This document shows positions 11,101-20,213 of a stretch of DNA of 64,000 nt, piece after piece; within the stretch, counting starts at the first letter, position 1; every line of letters begins with the position of its first letter. The DNA is from Planctomycetota bacterium (GTDB lineage Bacteria > Planctomycetota > UBA1135), in assembly GCA_045047305.1 (NCBI GenBank), contig JASFYO010000010.1:19591-83590 (forward strand), given 5' to 3'. The notes under the pieces are model-generated. The model did no database searches, was not told the origin of the DNA, and worked only from the letters and a program-made list of their open reading frames with translations. A program made the position numbers and the translations under genes.

Positions 11101-12014
11101 TGGACACGATGTCGCATGTCTATACCGAAGGAATTTGGGGTGAAAAAGTGGAGGGCCTTTACCGCCATGCCATAGCCGGTTCTGATTTAGTGCTACGGAA
11201 TTGGGCGTCGAATATGATGAGTCCACTATCGAATCATCATGTTTACGAATATGCCGGTGGACTTAGCCTTGCGCTAACCTCGGTGAATGGCACACAACCC
11301 GAATTGCTCATTAACGACGTACGCGAAAACGCCAAGTTACGTGAATTTGATTCGGTCATGCGCGAAGAATTCCATGCCACCCTCCTGAATGCCAAATGGG
11401 TCAAAGGGATGAAGGAAAACGGCTATGCTGGAGCCGGGCAAATGGCCGAATTGGTCAAGAACAGTTTTGGCTGGGAAACGGTACGTGATGGCTCGGTTGG
11501 GCAAGCCATGTGGGATGGCATCGACGAGGTCTACCTCCAAGATCGTTATCAACTTGACCTTGAAACCTGGTTTCAAGATCAAAATCCGCATGCCTTCCAA
11601 GAAATCGCTGCGACCATGCTTGAGGCCAACCGTAAAGAATATTGGGAGGCCAGCGAAGAACGTCTGCAGCAGATCGCAAAAGACTATGCACAATCCGTTG
11701 CTGATTATCGATTGTCAGGAGGCATTGTCGATGGCGGGAATAAACACCTCCAAGAAGCCGTCCAAAGGTTTCTCAATGCTGCTGGCGAGTTAGAACTCCT
11801 TGATGCCTATCAAGCTTCCATTCAAGAGAGTGAAGCCTCGAATGGCGAAAACCGTGTCAAGGGCATGCAGCTTGCAAAAGCGCCCACGGAAGAGCCCAAG
11901 GCCCAACCCGCCCAAACTTCTGGCGCAAGGGATTGGCTCTTCCCGCTCATCGCTGGAGCTGGAGCTATTGTGGTGTTCCTTGTAGGCTTCACCCGTAGAT
12001 ACCGTAAGAGTTAA
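8130..12014 (+). CDS. CobN/magnesium-chelatase-family protein with signal peptide and C-terminal membrane anchor (HmuS/BtuS-like)
   Basis: KKRIAVIYY, PPHQYLATYAWL, HFGTHG, EATLAKRR, PGPGNDPLRNP-VPTGRNLY, LGRPRVDV, ISGAMRDNF, HVYEYAGGL, KWVKGMKENGYAGA; N-terminal ...TLAA|QEP and C-terminal TM followed by RRYRKS. Confidence 0.92.
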   Translation: MRKMDFAGRVLGLFLPAFFFGLLASTLAAQEPDSPLTTSDESQHHAVFLGVWDRAQPLLDRVGPKAGFKVEFHNDHDLGQLNVESLAKADLILVLNLRPEEASALTQALRELRRARPQIPILALDQRDSQKGLESKSLLSRDATLQSYWRNGGSENYRRMFSYLGFAYLNDGQKPLPPAVIPESGIWHPAASDLFTTAESFLAWQKSRPNAPQGPHITLATQRSFVLLEDIKVHKAMVEELESRGLQVAVMFSADQKTFMDMLRQWKPQVLLDDGHASPMLLAGAKELDIPQMKVISMLRSTLEEWRASPLGLEPGDVGLHLISQEVYGIADPQIVGGIEAHLSGYRIHQPEKERIAHMVDRVLAWLALRSKSNQKKRIAVIYYHKSLGGGDLTRGSPSGAFLDGPESLYRFLLAMRDAGYKVDPMPKNAEELLQWMRQRGRNVGVWADGDKKKLVEEGDPILWPMASYRKWFQKLPAKTQEEVLTAHGSPPGVQMAWRENQKDYFIIPRIDLGGVVLLPQPARGPENDPKLLHARDIPPPHQYLATYAWLQNDAKVDALIHFGTHGSELLLPLRGSGLGPTDFGDRILGRLPNITPWILDNVAEATLAKRRAYAVLVDHQVPAYEASGLSPELLLLQGDLQKFGDMEDGMVRNRYRDSILETAAKNGLPVPDHAEDFTAESARELLEEVENIRERVAPMHLHILGQPAQRDRLIAMATTMLGTGFRQDYASREEAEDAVRHAIDSNEEFPAESWQGKAQIYQQRLSDTDDEILNVLHALDGSFVPPGPGNDPLRNPSAVPTGRNLYALNPEEIPTPTAWAIGVELGDKLLERGPLKKVAFDLNAFETMRDYGVMEAEILYLMGVRPIWDENGLAAEVEVIPHEELGRPRVDVFIAISGAMRDNFPSRVRLFDQAARMVAALDEPENEVRIATLKREQVLLGEGFAPIQAKRLSAARVFGQKPGEYGTRILYMVPKSGSWDSNEEIASVYMDTMSHVYTEGIWGEKVEGLYRHAIAGSDLVLRNWASNMMSPLSNHHVYEYAGGLSLALTSVNGTQPELLINDVRENAKLREFDSVMREEFHATLLNAKWVKGMKENGYAGAGQMAELVKNSFGWETVRDGSVGQAMWDGIDEVYLQDRYQLDLETWFQDQNPHAFQEIAATMLEANRKEYWEASEERLQQIAKDYAQSVADYRLSGGIVDGGNKHLQEAVQRFLNAAGELELLDAYQASIQESEASNGENRVKGMQLAKAPTEEPKAQPAQTSGARDWLFPLIAGAGAIVVFLVGFTRRYRKS

Positions 12015-12580
12015 TGCTGGAACTCCTCCCTCTGCTATCGCAAGCCCTCTTGTGGCCCGTCATCATCTTGCTTTTCCTCGGGATTGCAGCGACCTTAACC
12101 ATGCTTGGTGGCTTATGCGGAGAATTTTTGCAACGCAGGAAATGGCGCCAAGCAAACGCCACATTAGTGCAGAATTTAATGGAGGACACACAGCGCCAAG
12201 TCCCCTTGGCGGAATTGGAACAGGCCCTCCGTTGGCGCAGAGTGCAAGCAACCTTTTCCTCTCCCAACCCAGACCTCGATAAAATCCTAGACGATTATCA
12301 ACTACGGGTGCAAAAGGATTTATCGCGGCCTAATATGTTGGTACGCCTGGGCCCCATGCTTGGACTGGCTGGCACACTCATTCCACTGGGACCGGGTTTA
12401 ACCGCACTATCTAGCGGAGATGTAAACACTTTATCTAGCCAATTGGTCATCGCTTTCACCTCCACCGTTCTCGGGCTTTTTGTGGGCGGATTAAGCTATG
12501 TCATCCATTCGGTGCAACGCAACTGGTATGCACAAGACCTAGGCGATCTAGAATTCCTCTTCCAAAGGCGCGGAGCATGA
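12014..12580 (+). CDS. MotA/TolQ/ExbB proton-channel family protein (HmuU-like)
   Basis: LVRLGPMLGLAGTLIPLGPGL...LVIAFTSTVLGL; TAATG coupling to the chelatase gene. Confidence 0.9.
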   Translation: MLELLPLLSQALLWPVIILLFLGIAATLTMLGGLCGEFLQRRKWRQANATLVQNLMEDTQRQVPLAELEQALRWRRVQATFSSPNPDLDKILDDYQLRVQKDLSRPNMLVRLGPMLGLAGTLIPLGPGLTALSSGDVNTLSSQLVIAFTSTVLGLFVGGLSYVIHSVQRNWYAQDLGDLEFLFQRRGA

Positions 12581-12918
12581 GAAGCAAGCGCGAGTTAATC
12601 ACCCAGGAGGAAGATCCGCTTACCGGATTTGCCAATCTATTCGATATTGGCATCGTGTTCTCCTTAGGTTTTATGGTGTCCCTCATTACCTATCTTGGAT
12701 TGCCTGAATTACTTGGCAACCAAGATATGGTTTTGGTCAAGAATCCAGGAACCGACAGCATGGAAATGATTATCAAGAAAGGCGAACACCTTGAGAAACT
12801 CCAACCTACCGGCAGCAGTCTGGCGGGAGACGGTGGACAGAAACTCGGCACGGCTTACCGCCTCCCCTCAGGAGAGGTGGTTTATGTTCCAGAAACGGCC
12901 GCGGACAGCGAAGGGTAA
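12577..12918 (+). CDS. DUF2149 protein (ExbD-like, HmuV-like)
   Basis: EDPLTGFANLFDIGIVF, VKNPG...MEMIIKKG, G-KLGTAYRL-SGEVVYVPE; ATGA overlap with upstream gene. Confidence 0.88.
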   Translation: MRSKRELITQEEDPLTGFANLFDIGIVFSLGFMVSLITYLGLPELLGNQDMVLVKNPGTDSMEMIIKKGEHLEKLQPTGSSLAGDGGQKLGTAYRLPSGEVVYVPETAADSEG

Positions 12919-12932
12919 AAAGTCTTGGAGAC

Positions 12933-15900
12933 CTAAGAGTTGGTCTCCATTTCCTTCTCGACCACGACCTCGCGATCAGCCGCAGCGCCTTGATCCAAAC
13001 GAGCACGCGCTGGGTCCACGGCCTCGGCGTTGGAAAGATCAAGCTCTCCTTCACCTGCCACTTGATCGAGTTGCACGCTCACTACCATGGAGACGCCACG
13101 TTTACGCATGGTGACACCAAAGAGGCGTTCACAACGCGACATGGTGATGCGGTTGTGGGTCACGACCAAGAACTGCGTAGTCCCCGTGAAGTCGCCCAGC
13201 ACGTCTACGAAGCGCTCTACGTTGGCATCGTCCAGGGCGGCATCGACTTCGTCTAAGAGACAGAATGGCGACGGGCGCGATTGGAAAACCGCAAGTAGCA
13301 GTGCAAGAGCGGTCAAGGTGCGTTCACCACCCGACAGAAGGTTGATCGAACGCAATTCCTTGCCAGGAGGGCGCACCGTGATTTCAATACCTGCATCGAG
13401 CGGATCGACATCGGCCTCGAGTTGAATCGAAGCTTTACCGCCACGGAATAAGCGGCGGAAGATGTGCTCGAACTCCCCTTGCACCTTATTGAACGTCTCC
13501 ACAAAGCGCTCCCGACACTTGATATCGAGTTCCTCGAGGGTGTCCTCTAAGTTGGTTTTAGCTCCAACGAGGTCATCACGCTCACGGATGAGAAAGGATT
13601 CACGCTCTTGACGATCTTCTAATTCCTGAACGGCATCGAGATTCACCGATCCAATGCTCTCGATTTTCTTCTTCAGCTGATGCAATTCCTGGCGCCAAGC
13701 ATAGGCATCGGCATCTTCTGGAAGTGGAATGGAAGAATCAATCTCTAGGCTGCGTGCCAGGTCTTCGAGCGGCTGCCCAAACTCCTCCACCACACCACGA
13801 ATCAGCTCATCCAACTGCATTTGCACCTTTTGCACATCCAAGGCCAGTGCTTGACGCTGCTCAAGCAAGCGCTCCATGTGTCCACTTCCATCTGCGTTGC
13901 GCGCTCTTGCACCATGCAAAACTTCCGTAGCACGTTGCAATTGCGTTGCAGCATCATCCACACGCTCTGCGATTTCTGCGCGACGCTCTAACAAAGTGGA
14001 ACGTTCGACACGCGCCTTCTCCGCTTCTTCGCGCAAGGCCACACAACCCTTTTCCAAGTCGGTGATTTCTGATTTAAGGCTACCGTGCTCGCGGGTTTGC
14101 TTCTCGGTGCGAGTCAAAAGTTCTGCATGACGCTGGCGCCAATGCTTAAACTCGGTTTCCAAACCAGAATGCCCAACTCGAGCTTCTTGTTGGGATTGCG
14201 ATGCGCTTTCAAAGGCTGCGTCCTTTTCATCTGCAACACTCTGTAGCTCTTCCAATTCTTCATTGCAACGCACCCGATTTGCCTCCACGGCATCGCGGCG
14301 TTCTGCGGCCTCCTCCTCTGCCTTGGTGGTAGTTTCGACGACCTCCGCCAACTGTTTGGCTTCCTGGTCCATTGCTGCCAGCTCTTCGGCCAAGCCTTTC
14401 GCACGACGTTCTACTCCTTGGAAGCGTGCGCGGCAATCCTCACGCACTGCGACTGCTTTGCGCAAAACCACATCCGCTTCCCGTGCTGCAATCTCTGCGC
14501 TCACAAGTGACTTTGCTACTGCTTCTTCAAGGGCAAAAGCACCATCAAACTCGATTTGAGCTTCTTTCAAAGTGCTTGCGGCCAAGTCGCGCTCATTCCG
14601 ACGTGCAAGACGACCAGTGGAGTCCTCGGCGAGCACTCCGCAACGTAGGTAGCCTCGGCCCTGAATGGCGCCGTTCGCACTGAGGAATAGTGCTTGTGGA
14701 TGCTTCGCTGCAAGAGCTTCGGCATCGGCGCTTTCGTCGACACAGTAAACCGCACCCAAGCGGGCGCACAAGGCATCGCATGCGGCTTCATTGCCGGTCA
14801 ATAAAGAACGTAAGGAACGGGTTCCACCGATCTCTATTGGGGTTTCCGCTTGCCCTTGCAACGGGAAGAAAAAGTCATACATGCCATCGGCCAAATTCTT
14901 GGCAGCACTGCGGTCGTCTAACCAAATCGCATGCTGTAAACGGCCAAGCAAGTTTTCCAATAAACGGTCCCATGGTTGCTCAATCTGAACATCCTCCAGA
15001 ATCCAACTTCCGACGCCTTCGTGTTTCGCCTCTAAGAATTTGCGCAGATAGTCGGGGACTCCTGGCATTTCTTCGTCGATGGCTTGGAAGGCTTCCAGAC
15101 GTGCGGAAGCTGAGGCGCGGCGTTGGCGTGCTTCATGTGCAACTTTGGCATAGCCGCTGCGCTCATCCTTGAGCCGCGAGACTTCCTCTGCGGTAGTACT
15201 GCCTGCTTCTTGCGCCTTCTTGGCTGCGGTTTCAAGACCATTCAAAGTCAGGCCGAGTTCGCCAAACTCCTTTTCGGAAGAAGCGCTCTCTGCAGAAATC
15301 TCCACCCGACGACGCTTTAACGCCGACTGACCGCCTTCGGCCTCACTACGCCGTTTCGCGGCATTTGCAACTTGGTTATTCCATCGCGTGCGCTCTTGCA
15401 AGGCATCTAGTACCGTGCGACGCAACCCCTCCATTCGATCCCGCTGAGTGCGACGTGCCTCACGAGCTTCTGCGAAAGCGGCTTCGGCTTCTTTCAAAAC
15501 CGCTGCGGTCTTCTCCAGACCTTCAGTGAGACGGGTCTGCTCTTGCAATAGGCCTGAGGCTGCATCGGCATCCTCTTGTTTCTCACTGGTAAGCGAAGTC
15601 AAACGCAGGCGGTCACGCTGGATCCGTGTTTCGCCTTCACTGGCACGTGTTTCTAAACCGTGCACCCGCTCTTCTAAACCGGCGGCCTTCTCTTTAATCT
15701 CACCTGCCTCGGAGCGCAATGCGTCATGACGCTCACGCAAGGTTGACTCTTCCTTTTCCAACTCCGCTAACTTCGCCTGGACTTGGTCGCGCTCAACACG
15801 CAATCCTTCAACCTGGTTTTCCAGCTCCGCTTCTTTCGCACGCAGCTCTTGGTCTTGTTGCGACCAAGCCGCGTTATCGCTCAAGGCGAAACGCACGCGC

Positions 15901-16574
15901 AGTTCACGATGGCGGTCGCGCATCTCGACAAAGCGTTTGGCTTTACCAGCCTGCAAACGCAAAGAACGCACAGCCCGAGAAACTTCCTCGAGTACGTCTT
16001 CGACGCGCGACAAATCTTGATCGACCCGCTTAAGCTTCAATTTCGCTTCATGCTTGCGTGCCTTGTAGCGCGAAATACCAGCTGCTTCTTCAAACACGCT
16101 GCGGCGTTCATCTGGGTTCGCAGCAAGTACGGCGTCGATTTTGCCTTGCGCCAACACCATGTAGCCTTGCACGCCAAGGCCGGTATCTAAAAGCACTTCG
16201 CGCACATCCTTGCGCCGCACTTTGCGGCCGTGAAGCAGATACTCTGCATCGCCTCCTGCAAACAAGCGGCGCCCAACCGCAAGTTCTCCACCAGGTTCCA
16301 CAATTTTGCCTTCTGGATCTCCCAGAATGACCTCCACCATTGCGTATGGTGCCGCTGCTCGACCTTCAGCACCTTTGAAGATGACGTCGTCCATAGCATC
16401 GGCGCGCAATGCTTTGGCAGAGCGCTCTCCCATGACCCAAAGCAGGGCATCTACCACATTGGACTTGCCGCAACCATTGGGGCCGACAATACCAGTTAAA
16501 CCACGCTCAACAGGGATGACGGTGCGGTCGGCGAAGGACTTAAAGCCTTCCAGTTCGATTCGTTTCAGGTACAT
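12933..16574 (-). CDS. smc: Chromosome segregation protein SMC
   Basis: GFKSFAD, Walker A GPNGCGKSN, FEEAAGISRY, long coiled coils, LSGGE signature, LLDEVDAALD Walker B, VVTHN. Confidence 0.97.
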   Translation of the reverse strand: MYLKRIELEGFKSFADRTVIPVERGLTGIVGPNGCGKSNVVDALLWVMGERSAKALRADAMDDVIFKGAEGRAAAPYAMVEVILGDPEGKIVEPGGELAVGRRLFAGGDAEYLLHGRKVRRKDVREVLLDTGLGVQGYMVLAQGKIDAVLAANPDERRSVFEEAAGISRYKARKHEAKLKLKRVDQDLSRVEDVLEEVSRAVRSLRLQAGKAKRFVEMRDRHRELRVRFALSDNAAWSQQDQELRAKEAELENQVEGLRVERDQVQAKLAELEKEESTLRERHDALRSEAGEIKEKAAGLEERVHGLETRASEGETRIQRDRLRLTSLTSEKQEDADAASGLLQEQTRLTEGLEKTAAVLKEAEAAFAEAREARRTQRDRMEGLRRTVLDALQERTRWNNQVANAAKRRSEAEGGQSALKRRRVEISAESASSEKEFGELGLTLNGLETAAKKAQEAGSTTAEEVSRLKDERSGYAKVAHEARQRRASASARLEAFQAIDEEMPGVPDYLRKFLEAKHEGVGSWILEDVQIEQPWDRLLENLLGRLQHAIWLDDRSAAKNLADGMYDFFFPLQGQAETPIEIGGTRSLRSLLTGNEAACDALCARLGAVYCVDESADAEALAAKHPQALFLSANGAIQGRGYLRCGVLAEDSTGRLARRNERDLAASTLKEAQIEFDGAFALEEAVAKSLVSAEIAAREADVVLRKAVAVREDCRARFQGVERRAKGLAEELAAMDQEAKQLAEVVETTTKAEEEAAERRDAVEANRVRCNEELEELQSVADEKDAAFESASQSQQEARVGHSGLETEFKHWRQRHAELLTRTEKQTREHGSLKSEITDLEKGCVALREEAEKARVERSTLLERRAEIAERVDDAATQLQRATEVLHGARARNADGSGHMERLLEQRQALALDVQKVQMQLDELIRGVVEEFGQPLEDLARSLEIDSSIPLPEDADAYAWRQELHQLKKKIESIGSVNLDAVQELEDRQERESFLIRERDDLVGAKTNLEDTLEELDIKCRERFVETFNKVQGEFEHIFRRLFRGGKASIQLEADVDPLDAGIEITVRPPGKELRSINLLSGGERTLTALALLLAVFQSRPSPFCLLDEVDAALDDANVERFVDVLGDFTGTTQFLVVTHNRITMSRCERLFGVTMRKRGVSMVVSVQLDQVAGEGELDLSNAEAVDPARARLDQGAAADREVVVEKEMETNS

Positions 16575-16580
16575 GAAAAA

Positions 16581-18278
16581 TTAGGATTCACGCGCAGCAG
16601 ATGGGCGCCGGTCTGGAGGGTTCGAGAGACGGACGATGAGATGACTCTCGAGTAAAGCAGCGGCCGGAAGTTCCAGCCATGGGGCGGTGTCTAGAGCCAT
16701 GGACAACATGTCATCCGACGATGCCCCGGGCATCCAGCCACAAGTATGTTCTTTAGGTCCAAAAATCCCACTGCGCTCTGCCAGACGGAATCCGGCTGCA
16801 CGAGCATGCGGAGGACAGGTATATTCCAAACGCAAGCCAGCCTTTTTGGTGGCGCGTTCAAAGCGGTCACGCAATGCCAAAATAAGACGTCTGGAACGGA
16901 CACTGCGTAAGGCAGAATCTGGAAAAAGGATGTCGAGTGCTTTGGGCAAGCCAGAGGGAGTCAGATGAACTCGTGGATGTTCGCCTGCTTTGGCACGATC
17001 ACAAATTGCAGCGAGGGTGCCACAAGTCAAATCCAAAGATTCTTGAGTCTGCGCCAAAAAGTCATCCACCTGCAAAGGCCCAGCCTCCACGGCGGCTTGG
17101 ATGAGGTCTATCGCAGCACCCTGATTCAAGCGACGCTCACTCAACTCTGCAGCCAAAGGATAACGGGTTGGTGGTTGCCACTGCACCGAAGTTTTCCCTA
17201 GCGCCACCAGTGCGAGAGCCGTTTTGCGCTCAGCATGCAATAACGGATGCGCCGGAATACGATGCCAAACCCCAGCCTCTGCCCATTTCTGCGCCAGCTC
17301 TAGGGAGGATGTGGCGAAACGTAAATGCATCCCGGGGCCAGTAAGCCATTGCGGCGCATTCACCGACAAACTTCCATGCGCACGGGAAGCTGGCCAAAAC
17401 ACCTGTACCTCATGCGCGCGCAAACGGGCTTCTGCCACTCGTTTCCAGAAGGCGGTTTCGGATTCTTCCGGCTCTGGATGCAACCATAACCGCAATGGAC
17501 GCATCCAATCTCCTAGAGCAAGCAGGTCGAAACGTCCTGCGCGCCAAGCTTCAAGCTGCGCTGCGGAAAGGACTTCCTCCAAGGCAAACCGAGCCAACAA
17601 TTCACTGCCTAGCAGTGGACGCGCATCTTGGCCCTGCGGACCTAAACTCGGCAAACCGGGAGCGCCAACTTCAGAAGGCATACATTCACCCCCGAGCCAC
17701 GCACGCAACTGGCGACGTTCAATCCCCAGGCTTTCTGCATGCATCGGGCCACCGCGCAGCCCCATGGTGCGGCATTCATTTTCGGTTAACGCACTGACCA
17801 ACCGCCCAGTTAAATGTTTGCTACCAATCGCTACGAGGCGACGTTCAACGCGCCTGGCAACGCTGCGTGCAACACTGCTCTCCAAATACAGATCACGCAT
17901 AAGGGAGCGTGCGACACGCGCGCGATCCCAGAGGTTCGAGACGGCATCCTTGCCTGAAGGCGTAAACACCCGCAAACCAGCCTTAATCTCTGATTCTTCC
18001 ATGCGGTACCAGGCATAGGCATCGGCCGCCTGAGTACATTCGTAAAGCCGCAGGACAGCAACCACCTCTTCAGCCAGACGTTCGCTTTCAATGCGACCCA
18101 TTGGGTTCGATGCGCGTACCCAAACAGTTTCTACAAACTGCTCGGCAAGCAAGGAGTGATCTCCTCCAGCAGCAAGCGCGTTTGCAATCGATTCGCTTAA
18201 GCGGTGACGGTCGAAACTTTGTTCGCTGCCATCACGTTTCACGACACGGCGGATATCAGCGTTTTTGGCCACTTCCAC
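16581..18278 (-). CDS. Tandem ATP-cone protein with a degenerate class III ribonucleotide reductase (NrdD)-like core lacking the glycyl-radical domain
   Basis: Cone 1 [16 protein letters not shown]...AYAWYR; cone 2 [10 protein letters not shown]...ARRVERRL...[13 protein letters not shown]; NrdD-like blocks [46 protein letters not shown]; no C-terminal CxxC pairs or RxxGY loop. Confidence 0.75.
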   Translation of the reverse strand: MEVAKNADIRRVVKRDGSEQSFDRHRLSESIANALAAGGDHSLLAEQFVETVWVRASNPMGRIESERLAEEVVAVLRLYECTQAADAYAWYRMEESEIKAGLRVFTPSGKDAVSNLWDRARVARSLMRDLYLESSVARSVARRVERRLVAIGSKHLTGRLVSALTENECRTMGLRGGPMHAESLGIERRQLRAWLGGECMPSEVGAPGLPSLGPQGQDARPLLGSELLARFALEEVLSAAQLEAWRAGRFDLLALGDWMRPLRLWLHPEPEESETAFWKRVAEARLRAHEVQVFWPASRAHGSLSVNAPQWLTGPGMHLRFATSSLELAQKWAEAGVWHRIPAHPLLHAERKTALALVALGKTSVQWQPPTRYPLAAELSERRLNQGAAIDLIQAAVEAGPLQVDDFLAQTQESLDLTCGTLAAICDRAKAGEHPRVHLTPSGLPKALDILFPDSALRSVRSRRLILALRDRFERATKKAGLRLEYTCPPHARAAGFRLAERSGIFGPKEHTCGWMPGASSDDMLSMALDTAPWLELPAAALLESHLIVRLSNPPDRRPSAARES

Positions 18279-18726
18279 CTTCGAGGAATGGTTTTAGTTC
18301 CGTGACAAACTGTTCAACGTCTTTAAATTCCCGATAGACCGAGGCAAAACGAACATAGGCCACTTGGTCGAGCTTTTTCAACTCTTCCATGACTAGTTGC
18401 CCGATGTATTTGCTGCCGACTTCGCGGTCGAACATCTCGGTCAGGCGGCGTTCAATTCCAGCAGTAATCTTCTCCAACTCCTCCATCGATACTGGACGCT
18501 TCTCACACGCCTTCAGGATCCCTTTCAGAATCTGGCCACGATCAAATGGAACGCGCGAGCCATCCTTCTTCACCACGCGCAACGGAGTTTCCTCCATCCG
18601 CTCGTAGGTTGTGAAGCGGCGACTGCAATCCATGCATTCCCGGCGACGGCGAATGGAGAACCCATCAGCGGCGGAACGCGAGTCAATGACTCGGTCATGA
18701 TCTGCTTGGCAATAAGGACAGCGCAT
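18256..18726 (-). CDS. nrdR: Transcriptional repressor NrdR
   Basis: [36 protein letters not shown] cone, [15 protein letters not shown]. Confidence 0.98.
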   Translation of the reverse strand: MRCPYCQADHDRVIDSRSAADGFSIRRRRECMDCSRRFTTYERMEETPLRVVKKDGSRVPFDRGQILKGILKACEKRPVSMEELEKITAGIERRLTEMFDREVGSKYIGQLVMEELKKLDQVAYVRFASVYREFKDVEQFVTELKPFLEGGSGQKR

Positions 18727-18768
18727 CGGACAACCCGTGGTAGAGCTCGGGTTACAGAACCCTTTTTA

Positions 18769-18784
18769 CCACAACACCTAGTGG
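18769..18784. promoter_or_regulatory. NrdR box upstream of nrdR
   Basis: CCACAACACCTAGTGG, within the palindrome ACCAC-N8-GTGGT, fits the consensus acaCwAtATaTwGtgt. A weaker copy, GGACAACCCGTGGTAG (18728-18743), lies 41 bp away next to the start codon. Confidence 0.7.
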
Positions 18785-18830
18785 TGTTCTAGGCATAGAG
18801 GGGCTTGAGACCCTTTTATTTTACAACTTC

Positions 18831-20213
18831 CTATTTTCCTATGCAAAAATCAGCGAACAAGCGGTCCAGGACGTCCTCAGGGGTAGCCTCGCCCACCAAT
18901 TCTGCGAGACTGGCCAGAGCGCTGCGGATGTCCTCGGCCACTAGGTCCTGATGACCGCCACCCGCATCCCATTCTTGCCCCTGCTGGATGCTTAAAATGG
19001 CCTCACGAAGCGCCTGTTGATGCCTGGCGGAATGTCGCGCGGCCTGTAAATGAGCATCTTCCGATTGCTGAAATGCCTCAAAGGTGACGGACTCGAGCCG
19101 CTCCACGCCATCGCCAGTTTTGGAGCTTATTTCCACTTCGGGCACTTCACCAAGCAAGCCTTGAAGCTTTTGCTTTAACTCCATCGAAGCCGATCCAAGC
19201 GCGCGGTCCGCTTGAGACCACAGGATTACGACTGGAGCTTCAGGAAGTGCCACAGGTAAAGTCGAAGGCTCCTCATTGTTTGGAAGACAAAACCACACAA
19301 GATCCAGAGCAGCATCTTCTTGCTGCGCCAACTTACGTGCGGAGGCGTCATGCACATCCACCGCCTCGCCGCCAAAACCAGGAAAGTCGACCAGGGTGAT
19401 AGGAATTTCGAGTTGTGGAATTCGCCAGTTGGCTTCCCGTCGGTCTCGGGTGGTACCGGCCTGCTGACTAATCAAACTTGGCTTACCACTGAGTGTTTGG
19501 AACAAACTGCTCTTGCCCGCATTGGGTGGCCCAAACAAACCAACGCGAAATTGTCCACCATGGCGCAATTGCCGATTCTCCTCTGCAGCAAGCCCTTGGC
19601 GTAAAACATCCAGCGCTTGGACTAGGAAATGCCCGACTTCCCCTGGCTCCAAATCTTGGCTGTCGCCTTCTTCAAAATCCAGGCCGGCTTCCAACTCGAC
19701 TAAGGCGGAAAGCAAAACATCGCGGCATTCCGTGAGCGGTGCGGCAAGGCTCCCACCAAGTAAACGTGCTGCAGATAGTGCGCCACCCTGGGAACGAGAT
19801 TGGACTAACTCGAGCACCGCTTCGGCTTGGGTCAAATCAAGGCGCCCACGCAGGAAAGCACGTCGGGTGAACTCACCAGGTTCCGCTAAGCGGGCACCGC
19901 GGGCTTGGAGCTGCTCCATCAAAGCATCGAGGATAGGCATGGAGCCAGGCAGATGAATTTCTATGACATCCTCCCCCGTGGCCGATGCCGGCCCCTCGAA
20001 ACAAAGAATCTGCAAGTCGACGGAAACACCGGGTAGCACTTCACACGGAGAAAAAAACACTCCACGCTTTCCAGAGAGCACATTTACATCCGCCGGCAAA
20101 TAGTGGTTTGCCTGCTCAAGAAGGCCAATGCCGCTTAAGCGAAGGACTGCCCTCGGCGCCGGACCACGTGGAGTAGCCGGCGCAACAATGACATCTAGCT
20201 CAGGATTTAGCAC
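18831..20213 (-). CDS. mnmE: tRNA modification GTPase MnmE (TrmE)
   Basis: [64 protein letters not shown], C-terminal FCIGK. Confidence 0.95.
   Translation of the reverse strand: [460 protein letters not shown]

Noticed and set aside
8130..12014. Calling this gene cobN of aerobic B12 biosynthesis
   Set aside because: It has a signal peptide and a membrane anchor and no cob/cbi neighbours; the context matches the HmuS/BtuS subfamily.
17224..18018. Long antisense and alternate-frame ORFs (e.g. 17224-18018, 21070-21714, 37134-37790, 44866-45453)
   Set aside because: They are shadows of well-supported genes on the other strand and have no recognisable motifs.
16581..18278. Calling this ORF a functional nrdD or a simple pseudogene
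   Set aside because: Radical-chemistry motifs are absent, so it is not a functional NrdD. The frame is uninterrupted and coupled to both neighbours, so it does not look like ordinary decay.
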